Part shown: positions 1 through 8,490 of the stretch, in pieces
Layout: each line of letters starts with the position of its first letter
How positions within the stretch are numbered: the stretch's first letter is position 1
Source: Alphaproteobacteria bacterium
GTDB lineage: Bacteria > Pseudomonadota > Alphaproteobacteria > GCA-2731375
NCBI GenBank assembly: GCA_965232515.1
Contig: CBDDPY010000002.1
Location: 4,320,001 to 4,384,000, forward strand
Direction: 5' to 3'
DNA length: 64,000 nucleotides
The notes under the pieces: generated by a model
Database searches by the model: none
The model's input: the letters and a program-made list of their open reading frames with translations, nothing else
What the model was told of the DNA's origin: nothing
Program-made: the position numbers and the translations under genes

Positions 1-2
1 GG

Positions 3-491
3 GCCGAGATCGGCATCAAGCTGTTCATCAAACCGTCGCAGCGCGAGGTCTTCCGCAACCGCGTGTTCGCCGGCGAGACCCTGATCGCGGTCTGGAGCGG
101 CTTCGAGAACGGCGTGCCGGCGGCCGACGCCAGCCCGGCCGAATTGGCGCCCACGACGCAGCAGAGCCTGCAATGGCCGAAATGGGGGCAGTATTTCGAG
201 ACCCAGGGGGCGGCCGGCGAAAAGCCCGATATGCCGCACGCGGTCAAGCTGTTCGAGCTGAACAACGCGTGGCTGACGGCGACCGACAAGGCCGCGCGCG
301 AGGAAATCTGGCACAAGATGTTGTCGATTCATGCCGATCAGGTCTTTACCATCGGTCTGGTCTCGGGCGTGCAGCAGCCGGTCATCGTCCGCAACGATCT
401 GCGGAACGTGCCGGCGGAAGGGATCTACAACTGGGATCCGGGCGCGCATTTCGGGATCTACCGACCGGACACCTTCTGGTTCGACCGGTAG
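3..491 (+). CDS. ABC transporter substrate-binding protein, family 5 (C-terminal part, truncated by window edge)
   Basis: Frame is open from nt 3 (AEIGIKLFIKPSQREVFRNR...); C-terminus resembles Opp/Dpp-type binding proteins; directly upstream of two permeases. Confidence 0.85.
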   Translation, partial: AEIGIKLFIKPSQREVFRNRVFAGETLIAVWSGFENGVPAADASPAELAPTTQQSLQWPKWGQYFETQGAAGEKPDMPHAVKLFELNNAWLTATDKAAREEIWHKMLSIHADQVFTIGLVSGVQQPVIVRNDLRNVPAEGIYNWDPGAHFGIYRPDTFWFDR

Positions 492-533
492 TGACGCACC
501 GCCGCTGAGGGCCGACCGCGGAGCCAAGGTCTG

Positions 534-1559
534 ATGTTCACCTATTTCGTCCAACGCGTGCTGATCATGATTCCGACGCTGCTGGTGATCAGCGTCATCA
601 CGTTCATCATCATTCAGCTGCCGCCGGGCGACTATCTGACCAACCTGATCGAGGAACTGAAGTCGCAGGGCGACACCGCGGCGCTGGAGAAGATCGAGTT
701 CCTGCGCAAGGAATACGGCCTCGACCGGCCGATGCTGGAACAGTACGCGATCTGGCTCGGCATCTGGCCCGGCACCAACGGCTTTAGCGGCATCCTGCAG
801 GGCGATCTCGGTTGGTCGTTCGAATATCAGCGCCCCGTCGACGAGGTCGTCGGCGACCGGCTGATGCTGTCGATCCTGCTGAACTTCGCCGTGATCCTGT
901 TCGTTTACGTGGTCTCGTTCCCGATCGGCGTCTACACCGCCGTGCGGCAATATTCCGTCGGCGACCACGTGATGACGTTCGTGGGCTATATCGGCCTGGC
1001 GACGCCGAACTTCCTGCTAGCCCTGATCATGCTGTATCTCGCCAACGTCTGGTTCGGCTTGCAGATCGGCGGCCTGATGGACGACGAATACATCGGCCAG
1101 CCCTGGTCCTGGGGCAAGACGGTGTCGATCCTGCAGCACCTGATCATCCCGGTGATCGTGATCGGCACCTCGGGCACGGCCGGCATGATCCGCCGCCTGC
1201 GCGCGAACCTGCTGGACGAGCTGCAGAAGCAGTACGTCACCACGGCCCGCGCCAAGGGCCTGAAGAACACGAAGCTGCTGATCAAGTATCCGCTGCGCAT
1301 GTCGCTGAACCCGTTCATCGCCGATATCGGCAACCTGCTGCCGCAGATGATCTCGGGCTCGGCCATCGTCGCCGTGGTGATGTCGCTGCCGACGTCGGGC
1401 CCGATGCTGGTCAGCGCGCTGCAGAGCCAGGACCAGTATCTCGCCGGCTCGTTCCTGTTGTTCCTTGCCTTCCTGACCGTGGTCGGCATGTTCATCTCGG
1501 ACGTGGCGCTGGCGGCGCTCGATCCGCGCATCCGGCTCGGCGCGGAGGCCAGCCGATGA
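534..1559 (+). CDS. ABC transporter permease (DppB/OppB-like)
   Basis: N-terminal R..MIPTL..IS.ITF.IIQLPPGD, GDLGWS, EAA-like loop YVTTARAKGL, C-terminal LDPRIR. Confidence 0.92.
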   Translation: MFTYFVQRVLIMIPTLLVISVITFIIIQLPPGDYLTNLIEELKSQGDTAALEKIEFLRKEYGLDRPMLEQYAIWLGIWPGTNGFSGILQGDLGWSFEYQRPVDEVVGDRLMLSILLNFAVILFVYVVSFPIGVYTAVRQYSVGDHVMTFVGYIGLATPNFLLALIMLYLANVWFGLQIGGLMDDEYIGQPWSWGKTVSILQHLIIPVIVIGTSGTAGMIRRLRANLLDELQKQYVTTARAKGLKNTKLLIKYPLRMSLNPFIADIGNLLPQMISGSAIVAVVMSLPTSGPMLVSALQSQDQYLAGSFLLFLAFLTVVGMFISDVALAALDPRIRLGAEASR

Positions 1560-2743
1560 GCACGCGCAGCGAGGGCGGCGAACACTGGGTCTCGGACGCG
1601 CCGTTCGATCCGTATTCGGTCGAGGAGCTGACGCCGGAGCAGGAACGCTTCTACATGGCGTCGCAGTGGCAGCTGATGTGGTGGAAGCTGAAGCGCCACC
1701 CGCTGGCCGTCGGCTCCGGCATCTTCCTGGCCGTGATCTATCTCTCGATCCTGATCTCGGAAGTGATCGCGCCCTACAGCCTGCACAAGCGCAACGCCAA
1801 GTTCATCTACGCGCCGCCGCAGAGCATCAACCTGTTCCACGACGGCAGCTTCGTCGGCCCCTTCGTCTACGGCTATACCGTGACCAAGGACCTGAAGCGG
1901 ATGAAGCGGATCTACACCGTGGATGAAACCAAGGTGCATCCGATCCGGTTCTTCTGCCTGGGCGAGCGCTATAAGTTCTGGGGCGAGTGGCGCGGCCGGT
2001 TCCACCTGTTCTGCCCGTCCGACATCGAGGTCGACGGCAAGACCGTGAAGGGCACGGTGTTCCTGATGGGCACCGACCGGCTGGGCCGCGACATCTTCTC
2101 GCGCATCGTCTATGGCGCGCGGATCTCGCTGACCGTCGGCCTGATCGGCATCGCCATCAGCTTCGTCGTCGGCCTGACGCTGGGCGGGCTCGCCGGCTAT
2201 TACGGCGGCTGGATCGACAACGTCGTACAGCGCATGATCGAGATGATCCGCAGCTTCCCGGAGCTGCCGTTATGGATGGCGCTGTCGGCGGCGCTGCCGG
2301 TGACCTGGAGCCCGATCGGCGTGTTCTTCGGCATCACCGTGATCCTGGGGCTCTTGGACTGGCCGGGACTTGCGCGCGCCGTGCGCTCGAAGCTGCTCGC
2401 GCTCCGCGAGGAAGACTTCGCCAGCGCCGCCGTGCTGATGGGCGCATCGCCCCGCCGGGTAATCGCGCGGCACCTGCTGCCGAACTTCATGAGCCACATC
2501 ATCGCCAGCCTGTCCTTGTCGATCCCGTCGATGATTCTCGCCGAGACGGCGCTGTCGTTCCTCGGCCTCGGCCTGCGCCCGCCGGTGACGAGCTGGGGCG
2601 TGCTGCTGAACGAGGCGCAGAACATCAACGCGGTGGCGATCTATCCCTGGCTGATCTTCCCCATGCTGCCGGTGATCCTGGTGGTGCTGGCCTTCAACTT
2701 CCTGGGCGACGGCCTGCGCGACGCCGCCGATCCCTACAAGTAG
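1556..2743 (+). CDS. ABC transporter permease (DppC/OppC-like)
   Basis: ATG 1556 overlaps the upstream stop (ATGA); motifs MGTDRLGRDIFSRIVYGARISL, ETALSFLGLG, FNFLGDGLRDAADP. Confidence 0.92.
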   Translation: MSTRSEGGEHWVSDAPFDPYSVEELTPEQERFYMASQWQLMWWKLKRHPLAVGSGIFLAVIYLSILISEVIAPYSLHKRNAKFIYAPPQSINLFHDGSFVGPFVYGYTVTKDLKRMKRIYTVDETKVHPIRFFCLGERYKFWGEWRGRFHLFCPSDIEVDGKTVKGTVFLMGTDRLGRDIFSRIVYGARISLTVGLIGIAISFVVGLTLGGLAGYYGGWIDNVVQRMIEMIRSFPELPLWMALSAALPVTWSPIGVFFGITVILGLLDWPGLARAVRSKLLALREEDFASAAVLMGASPRRVIARHLLPNFMSHIIASLSLSIPSMILAETALSFLGLGLRPPVTSWGVLLNEAQNINAVAIYPWLIFPMLPVILVVLAFNFLGDGLRDAADPYK

Positions 2744-2981
2744 CGGCGACGTCCGAGGCGGGGGGTGCCGCGCCCCGCAAACCGCGGAACAACCCCATGC
2801 AAAGGGGCGTCCCGCGCGCCTGAACCGCAAAAGTGCGGCAATTCCGACACGACGCGAGCGGCCCGTCCGGGGTAGAATCTCGACGCTCCGCATCATCGAT
2901 TGATTCGCTTTTGCCGCCGGACGGATCCGCGCGGCCGGTCGATGCCGCGGACCGTTGCAAGCCGACATGGGAGATTTGGAC

Positions 2982-3482
2982 ATGACCCCGTCAGAGGACG
3001 GTGGCGGCGACGTCGCGCGGCCGTTGACCGTGGAAGTGCGCGACCGGCGCGGGTTAATGCGCCTGACCGGCAGCCGCGATCCGGACTTCGCGCGGCGGCT
3101 GCTGGACCAGCTGGCCGAGACCCTGTGGCTTCCGGCCGACCTCAGTCCCGCCGCACGGCAGGCGCGGCTGTCGGCGGCCGTCGCAGGCCTGCGCGATCTG
3201 GCCCCGCGCGACGCGGCGGACGGCCTGCTGGCGAGCCAGATGCTGGCGACGCACGCGGCGGCCATGGAATGCCTGCGCCGCGCCATGCTGGAGAGCCAGA
3301 CCGCGGCCGGCCGTGAAGCCAATCTCGCCCTCGCCACCCGGCTGTCGAACCTGCATCTGCGGCAGCTCGCGGCCTACGACCGCCGGCGCGGTCGGGGGCA
3401 GCAGAAGGTGACGGTCGAGCACGTCAACGTCGCCGACGGCGGCCAGGCCATCGTCGGCAACGTCAGCCATCGGTCGGAGTGA
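2982..3482 (+). CDS. Hypothetical helical protein ending GQQKVTVEHVNVADGGQAIVGNV, of a type I associate with HGGxSTG-protein genes
   Basis: GGGAG 8 nt before ATG 2982; protein-like composition; family association is from recollection. Confidence 0.65.
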   Translation: MTPSEDGGGDVARPLTVEVRDRRGLMRLTGSRDPDFARRLLDQLAETLWLPADLSPAARQARLSAAVAGLRDLAPRDAADGLLASQMLATHAAAMECLRRAMLESQTAAGREANLALATRLSNLHLRQLAAYDRRRGRGQQKVTVEHVNVADGGQAIVGNVSHRSE

Positions 3483-3500
3483 AATCAACAAACGAATGAT

Positions 3501-3587
3501 CGCCGCCAAGGCGCAAAGACACCAAGGTCACGCCGGAGAGGCATCACACATTTCGCGTGATCTTGGCGCCTTGGCGACTTGGCGGTG
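3501..3587. repeat. Imperfect inverted repeat with ~33-bp arms built of 8-bp NCGCCAAG-like units
   Basis: Left arm cgccgccaag-gcgcaaag-acaccaag-gtcacgc; right arm gcgtgat-cttggcgc-cttggcga-cttggcggtg. Confidence 0.8.
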
Positions 3588-3611
3588 AAAATGCAACGGA
3601 GAAATCAAGCG

Positions 3612-3881
3612 ATGCCAGGCAAGCCAGGACCAGATTGGCGGCGGATGTGGGCGAGCCCGCGCTGCGGGGCGCGGACGCGGAAAGGCTCCGCTTGCCAGGC
3701 GCCGGCGGTCGCGGGGCGGCGGCGCTGCCGCATGCATGGCGGGGCCGAGGGCGCGGGCGCGCCGATGGGCAATCAAAACGCCTTGAAGCACGGCCGCTGC
3801 GCGCGGGCCGCGATCGATGAGCGCCACGAAATCCGCCGGCTGATCGAGATGGCGCGGCAACACTTGCTGGAAACCCGCTAG
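3612..3881 (+). CDS. HGGxSTG-like CCCH zinc-finger protein
   Basis: CGARTRKGSACQAPAVAGRRRCRMHGG followed by GAPMGNQNALKHG; start uncertain. Confidence 0.8.
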   Translation: MPGKPGPDWRRMWASPRCGARTRKGSACQAPAVAGRRRCRMHGGAEGAGAPMGNQNALKHGRCARAAIDERHEIRRLIEMARQHLLETR

Positions 3882-3975
3882 GCTGGGCCGGCAGACTGAA
3901 ATCACATCTGGATTGTCATCCGATGTTCCCGCTGCATGTCGCAATAAATTGGCCCGCGATAGAGGGAGACACGAC

Positions 3976-4392
3976 ATGACCGAGATAACCGGCGGCTGCC
4001 TCTGCGGCGCCGTCCGCTTTTCGGCCGAGACCGACGCGCCGATCTCGCTCGCCTGCCATTGCCGCGACTGCCAGTACGTGTCCGGCGGCGCGCCGGCGGT
4101 CGTGGTCGTTGTGCCGTCGGCGGCCTTGGCGGTGACGGGCGACACGCGCACCTTTCGCGCCGCTGCTGACTCGGGCACCGAGGTCCACCGCGCGTTCTGC
4201 CCGGACTGCGGCACGCCACTGTTCGCCGGCAACGCCGCGCATCCGGAGGTGGTCTCCATCAAGCTCGGCACGCTCGACGACCCGGCCGCGTTCGCGCCAC
4301 AGGGTCATATCTGGACCGCCTCGGCCCAGCCCTGGCACCACATCGACCGCGCGTTGCCCTGTAGTGAGAGGAACCCGCAGCTCGGCGGTTAG
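3976..4392 (+). CDS. GFA / CENP-V family protein
   Basis: GGCLCGAVRF, CHCRDCQ and FCPDCGTPL zinc motifs; GGGAG RBS. Confidence 0.92.
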   Translation: MTEITGGCLCGAVRFSAETDAPISLACHCRDCQYVSGGAPAVVVVVPSAALAVTGDTRTFRAAADSGTEVHRAFCPDCGTPLFAGNAAHPEVVSIKLGTLDDPAAFAPQGHIWTASAQPWHHIDRALPCSERNPQLGG

Positions 4393-4480
4393 ATACAAGT
4401 CAAAGCGGCGACGCCCCCCGTTCGCTATTCAGACGCCAATGCCGCGCGCCGGCATGGAGAGACATTCGAGGGAGGGGATC

Positions 4481-4861
4481 ATGTTCCGCTATGCGTTTCT
4501 GCTCGCGGCCGTCTTGGCCGCGTCCGCCGCCGCACGTGCCGACGGCAATGTCGATGCCGGCATGTGGGTGTTCGCCAAGGATTGCAGCGCCTGTCACAGC
4601 CTGCAGCCGGAGATCAACAAGCTTGGCCCGACGCTGGCCGGCATCAACGGCCGCGAAGCCGGCTCGCTCGACGGCTTCGGCTACTCCGAAGGCCTCGCGG
4701 CCGAGACGTTTATCTGGACCGATGCGTTGCTGGCCGAATACCTGACCACGCCGACCAAGTCGGGCGGCGGCGATCAATTGCTGCACAGCGTGCACATGAA
4801 CTTCGAGGGCCTGTCAGACCAGAAAGCCGCAGACCTGATCGCGTTCCTGTCGATGTTCTGA
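4481..4861 (+). CDS. Periplasmic class I cytochrome c (c2-like)
   Basis: Signal peptide, CSACH heme motif, GPTLAGINGREAGS, C-terminal Met in HMNFEGL; GGAGG RBS. Confidence 0.9.
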   Translation: MFRYAFLLAAVLAASAAARADGNVDAGMWVFAKDCSACHSLQPEINKLGPTLAGINGREAGSLDGFGYSEGLAAETFIWTDALLAEYLTTPTKSGGGDQLLHSVHMNFEGLSDQKAADLIAFLSMF

Positions 4862-4889
4862 GGTCGGCGTCGCGGCGGGCGGCGCAGAC

Positions 4890-5597
4890 GTGGCCGCGAC
4901 GCCGCAAGATCCGGACCTGACGGCCGGCCTGTTCCGTCGGTTGCTGCAGATCGGCCTGCTGTTCACGGCACAGCTCGCGGTGCTGCTGCTGGCGTCGGGC
5001 AAGCCGGGCTGGATCTGGGCCTGGGTCTATTTCAGCATCTATGTGGTCGGCACAACGGTGAACGCGCTGCTGCTGCTGAAACGCAGCCCCGAGACCATCG
5101 TCGAGCGCGGCAAAATCGCCGGCATGGCCGGCTGGGACAAGATCGTCGGCGGCCTCTGGGGCGTCGTGTTCCTGCTCGGCCTGCCGCTGACCGCTGGCCT
5201 GGACGAACGCCTCGGCTGGACCGGCGACCAGGCTCTCGGCATCCACGTGACCGGCGTGCTGCTGTTCGTCCTGGGCTATGCGCTGATCAGCTGGGCCATG
5301 ATCGAGAACGCCTTCTTCGCCACGGTCGCCCGTATCCAGCCCGAGCGCGGCCAGACGGTCTGCACCTCAGGCCCCTATCGGCTGGTGCGGCATCCGGGCT
5401 ACATCGCCGCCATCGTCCAGGGTCTGGCGGCGCCGCTCATGTTCGGCTCGACCTGGGCGTTTCTGCCGGGATGCCTGGCCGCCGCGCTGATGGTCCTGCG
5501 CACGGTCCTGGAGGACCGGATGCTGCTGCGCGATCTCGACGGCTACCGCGCCTACGCCGACTGCGTCCGCTACCGGCTGCTGCCGGGGCTGTGGTGA
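4890..5597 (+). CDS. Isoprenylcysteine carboxyl methyltransferase family membrane protein
   Basis: Several TM segments; GPYRLVRHPGY, EDRML, YRLLPGLW. Confidence 0.88.
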   Translation: MAATPQDPDLTAGLFRRLLQIGLLFTAQLAVLLLASGKPGWIWAWVYFSIYVVGTTVNALLLLKRSPETIVERGKIAGMAGWDKIVGGLWGVVFLLGLPLTAGLDERLGWTGDQALGIHVTGVLLFVLGYALISWAMIENAFFATVARIQPERGQTVCTSGPYRLVRHPGYIAAIVQGLAAPLMFGSTWAFLPGCLAAALMVLRTVLEDRMLLRDLDGYRAYADCVRYRLLPGLW

Positions 5598-5606
5598 CGG
5601 CGCCGG

Positions 5607-6368
5607 CTAGCGCCGCCAGAAGCCTTCCTTGTCGATCTGGTGGAGGGCGGCGAGTTCGGCTTCGGTAGGGGGTGGGGTGTCGGCAACGTTCGGCATGGAC
5701 TGCAGGTCCCAGCCGGTGTTCTCGACGACTTCCTCGACCGTGTGGCCGGGATGGACGGCGGCGAGGTGGAGTTCGTTGGTGGGCCCGTGGGGGCGCAGGA
5801 TGGCGCGGTCGGTGATGACCACGGCCGGGCCGCCGCCCGGCAGGCCGGCGCGCTGGCGGGCGTCGCCGCCGTCGAGATAGCCGGGCGAGGTGATGTAGTC
5901 GACACGCTCGACCAGGCGGTGCTTCTGGTGGTTGATGATGACGATCAGGCGTTCGGCCATGGCGGCGATGTCGGGCGCGCCGCCCGAGCCCGGCAGCTTG
6001 ACCGTCGGCGCGTCGGTATCGCCGATATAGGACGTGTTGATGTTGCCGAAGCGGTCGATCTCGGCCCCGCCGATGAAGCCGGCATGGATGCGGCCGCCGC
6101 TCAACAGGCCCATGATCTGGATCAGGCCGGTGGTCCAGGCCGCGCCCAGCTGGTTCGGGCCGTCGCACATGGTGTAAAGCATGTCGTCGGCCGGCGCGTA
6201 GCGGGCGACGCCACTCTCGAACAGGCCGACCGCGTTCGGCGCGTGCGTTAGGCGGGCGACGCCGTAGGCGGTGATCGGCAGGCGCATGCCCACGAAAATC
6301 CGTTCGCCATCGGCGATCTCGCGCGCCGCGGCGATGATCATCAGTTCCTGGGTCGAGTAGTCGGACAT
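5607..6368 (-). CDS. Family I CoA-transferase subunit B (glutaconate CoA-transferase-like)
   Basis: GLFESG (catalytic Glu position), GGAEIDRFGNINTS, LPGSGGA, VERVDYITSPG. Confidence 0.9.
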   Translation of the reverse strand: MSDYSTQELMIIAAAREIADGERIFVGMRLPITAYGVARLTHAPNAVGLFESGVARYAPADDMLYTMCDGPNQLGAAWTTGLIQIMGLLSGGRIHAGFIGGAEIDRFGNINTSYIGDTDAPTVKLPGSGGAPDIAAMAERLIVIINHQKHRLVERVDYITSPGYLDGGDARQRAGLPGGGPAVVITDRAILRPHGPTNELHLAAVHPGHTVEEVVENTGWDLQSMPNVADTPPPTEAELAALHQIDKEGFWRR

Positions 6369-6436
6369 GGCGGTGCCTATTGTGGTGTGGCGGCGCGGCG
6401 GTCTGCAAACGGCGAGCGCGGAATCCCACGGCGGGT

Positions 6437-6515
6437 AATTACGGTGACAGTAACCTTAATTCGAAACGAATTAAGGTTACTGTCACCGTAATTTGTTCTG
6501 CCCCCGTAATTTGTT
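6437..6515. repeat. Perfect palindrome with 27-bp arms (REP/MITE-like), followed by a 12-bp partial repeat of its end
   Basis: AATTACGGTGACAGTAACCTTAATTCG-aaa-CGAATTAAGGTTACTGTCACCGTAATT (6437-6493); CCGTAATTTGTT at 6486 and 6504. Confidence 0.9.
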
Positions 6516-6540
6516 TCTCCGGAATACATGGCGCCTCGCG

Positions 6541-7467
6541 TCAGTCGGTGGCGTAGTTGGCGGGGGCGGAGGGGGCGTCGCCAGTGATGCGAAGCTCCTC
6601 GAGCTGGCCGCCGAGCTTGGCGCGGTAGGCAGCGTGGTCCGGCAGGTCGCGCACCCATTCGTCGCACCAACGCTGGAACGCGGCGGGATCGCGGGTCTCC
6701 TTGTGATAGTCGTGGAAGAAGGCGTTGTCGCGCTTCCAACGGCCGATCAGCATCGATGGATGGTTCGCGGCCGGCACGTGGCAGACGGCGTTGACGCCGA
6801 AGCCGGGGATCAGCACGCGGCTGGGGTCGGACGCAATGACCTCTGGCGCGACGATCTCGTCGGCCAGCACGATGATCTTCTCGGCCGCGATGGAAGCCTC
6901 CTGCGTCAGGCCGGTCGAGCCCCAGATGTGCGAGTTGCCGTGGCGGTCGGCGCGCTGCACCACGAGGAAGGCGACGTCGGGCTTCAGCGCCGGCACCAGC
7001 GCCACCGGATCGGGCGCGTCCGAGAACGGGTTCTCGGCGAGCTTGATGCGCGGGTTCGACTTGACGATGTCGGAGCCGAGGATCGATTTCACCGGCACGT
7101 AGGGCAGGCCGTAGGCGCCGGCGAAGAAGGCCATGCCGATGGTGAAGTTGGAATAGTCGTAGATCCGGATCGGGTGCGGCTGTCCGTGCTCGGCGGCACG
7201 GCGGTAGTTGTGGCCCATGCCGCCGGAAACGTTGCCGACCCAGGCGCCGGTGACCTCGGCGACGCAGCCGGCGCCGATCAGCATGTCGGTGGAGATGTCC
7301 GAGATCGGCGCGATCATGTTGAGGTCGCGGCGGCCCTGGCGGATCAGCTCATGCGTCGCCGCGTAGGGAATGGCGTTCTCCAGCGCCGCGCCGAGCACGA
7401 TGCTGGCGCCGTCCGGCACGAGTTCGGCGATGGCGTCGCTGAGCTCGCAAAGCTTGTCGTCGTTGAT
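6541..7467 (-). CDS. Family I CoA-transferase subunit A (glutaconate CoA-transferase-like); probable ATC start
   Basis: PYAATHELIRQG, DMLIGAGCV, VPALKPDVA..VQRADRHGN; frame extends upstream of GTG 7419 as INDDKLCELSDAIAELVPDG, with GGGAGG 7 nt before ATC 7467. Confidence 0.88.
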   Translation of the reverse strand: MNDDKLCELSDAIAELVPDGASIVLGAALENAIPYAATHELIRQGRRDLNMIAPISDISTDMLIGAGCVAEVTGAWVGNVSGGMGHNYRRAAEHGQPHPIRIYDYSNFTIGMAFFAGAYGLPYVPVKSILGSDIVKSNPRIKLAENPFSDAPDPVALVPALKPDVAFLVVQRADRHGNSHIWGSTGLTQEASIAAEKIIVLADEIVAPEVIASDPSRVLIPGFGVNAVCHVPAANHPSMLIGRWKRDNAFFHDYHKETRDPAAFQRWCDEWVRDLPDHAAYRAKLGGQLEELRITGDAPSAPANYATD

Positions 7468-7636
7468 GGCGCGGCCTCCCGGATGACCTCAGTCGTTGTC
7501 GTTGCTTGCCCCGGTTTTACCGTCATGGCGGCCGCAGGCCAAGCCGTCGGTGTCTTGCTACAGTCGCGCCATTGCTCGGGCGTGGGCTCAGAGGCGATAA
7601 TCGGCGTGGGGGATCTCGGGGGAAGGATCGAGCGAC

Positions 7637-8404
7637 ATGGCGAATGGGGAATTCGCCGGCCGCACGTTGCTGGTGACCGGCGGGTCGCGCGGCATCGGGC
7701 GGGCGGTCTGTTTGCGCCTGGCCGGGACCGGCGCGCGCATCGCTTTCAACTATGCATCGGACACGGCGGCGGCGGAGAAGACGCTGGCCGAACTGGAGGC
7801 CACGGGCGCCGCGTGCCGGATGTACCGGGCCGACGTCGCCGATCTCGATCAGACGGCCGACATGTTCAAGCGGATCGAGGCGGATCTCGGACCGGTCGAC
7901 CTGCTGGTGGCCAACGCCGGCATCGCGCGGAAGGCCGATGCCGCCGACATGTCGGCCGAGGTCTGGCGCGAGATCATGTCGGTCAACCTGGACGGCACCT
8001 TTCACACGGTCTGGTGCGCGAAGGACGGCATGCTGGCGCGCGGCTTCGGCCGGATCGTCTGTATCTCGTCGGTCACCGGCCTGGTCGCCAACCCGATCGC
8101 GCCGCAGCGGCTGATCGCCTACGGCACCTCGAAGGCGGCGATCATCGGCTTCACGCGCAACTGCGCCCGCGCCTTCGGGCCCGACGTGCGGGTGAACTGC
8201 GTGGCGCCGGGCGTGATCGAAACCGAGATGACGGCCGACATCACCGACGACGCACGCGCGCAGATGCTGGCGGGGATGTCGCTGAAACGTTTCGGCCAGC
8301 CGGAAGAGATCGCCGAGATGGTGCACTTCCTGCTGAGCGAGCGGTCGAGCTACACCACCGGCCAGACATTTGTGGCCTCGGGTGGCTTGGTAACTCTGCC
8401 ATAG
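7637..8404 (+). CDS. Short-chain dehydrogenase/reductase (FabG-like)
   Basis: TGGSRGIG, ANAG, YGTSK, VNCVAPG. Confidence 0.92.
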   Translation: MANGEFAGRTLLVTGGSRGIGRAVCLRLAGTGARIAFNYASDTAAAEKTLAELEATGAACRMYRADVADLDQTADMFKRIEADLGPVDLLVANAGIARKADAADMSAEVWREIMSVNLDGTFHTVWCAKDGMLARGFGRIVCISSVTGLVANPIAPQRLIAYGTSKAAIIGFTRNCARAFGPDVRVNCVAPGVIETEMTADITDDARAQMLAGMSLKRFGQPEEIAEMVHFLLSERSSYTTGQTFVASGGLVTLP

Positions 8405-8415
8405 ATCGGCGCAGT

Positions 8416-8490
8416 CATGCTTCGAGACGCCGGCTTTGCCGGCTCCTCAGCATGAGGATAAGTCGTGAAATCAAACGATTCCTCATGCTG
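8416..8490. repeat. REP-like palindromic element plus the start of an inverted second copy interrupted by the IS
   Basis: catgcttcgagacgccggctttgccggctcctcagcatgagg (8416-8457), then cctcatgctg abutting the IS end. Confidence 0.8.

Noticed and set aside
812-1555. N-terminal extensions in the ORF track (also 58732-59094, 38234-38446, 44453-44875, 37205-37867)
   Set aside because: They overlap neighbouring genes in other frames; family N-termini and RBS positions point to downstream starts.
2982-3881. Prophage
   Set aside because: No integrase, large terminase, portal, capsid or tail genes; only a two-gene module.
3501-6515. Short repeats considered as a CRISPR array
   Set aside because: No run of equal direct repeats with unique spacers and no cas genes; these are isolated palindromes.
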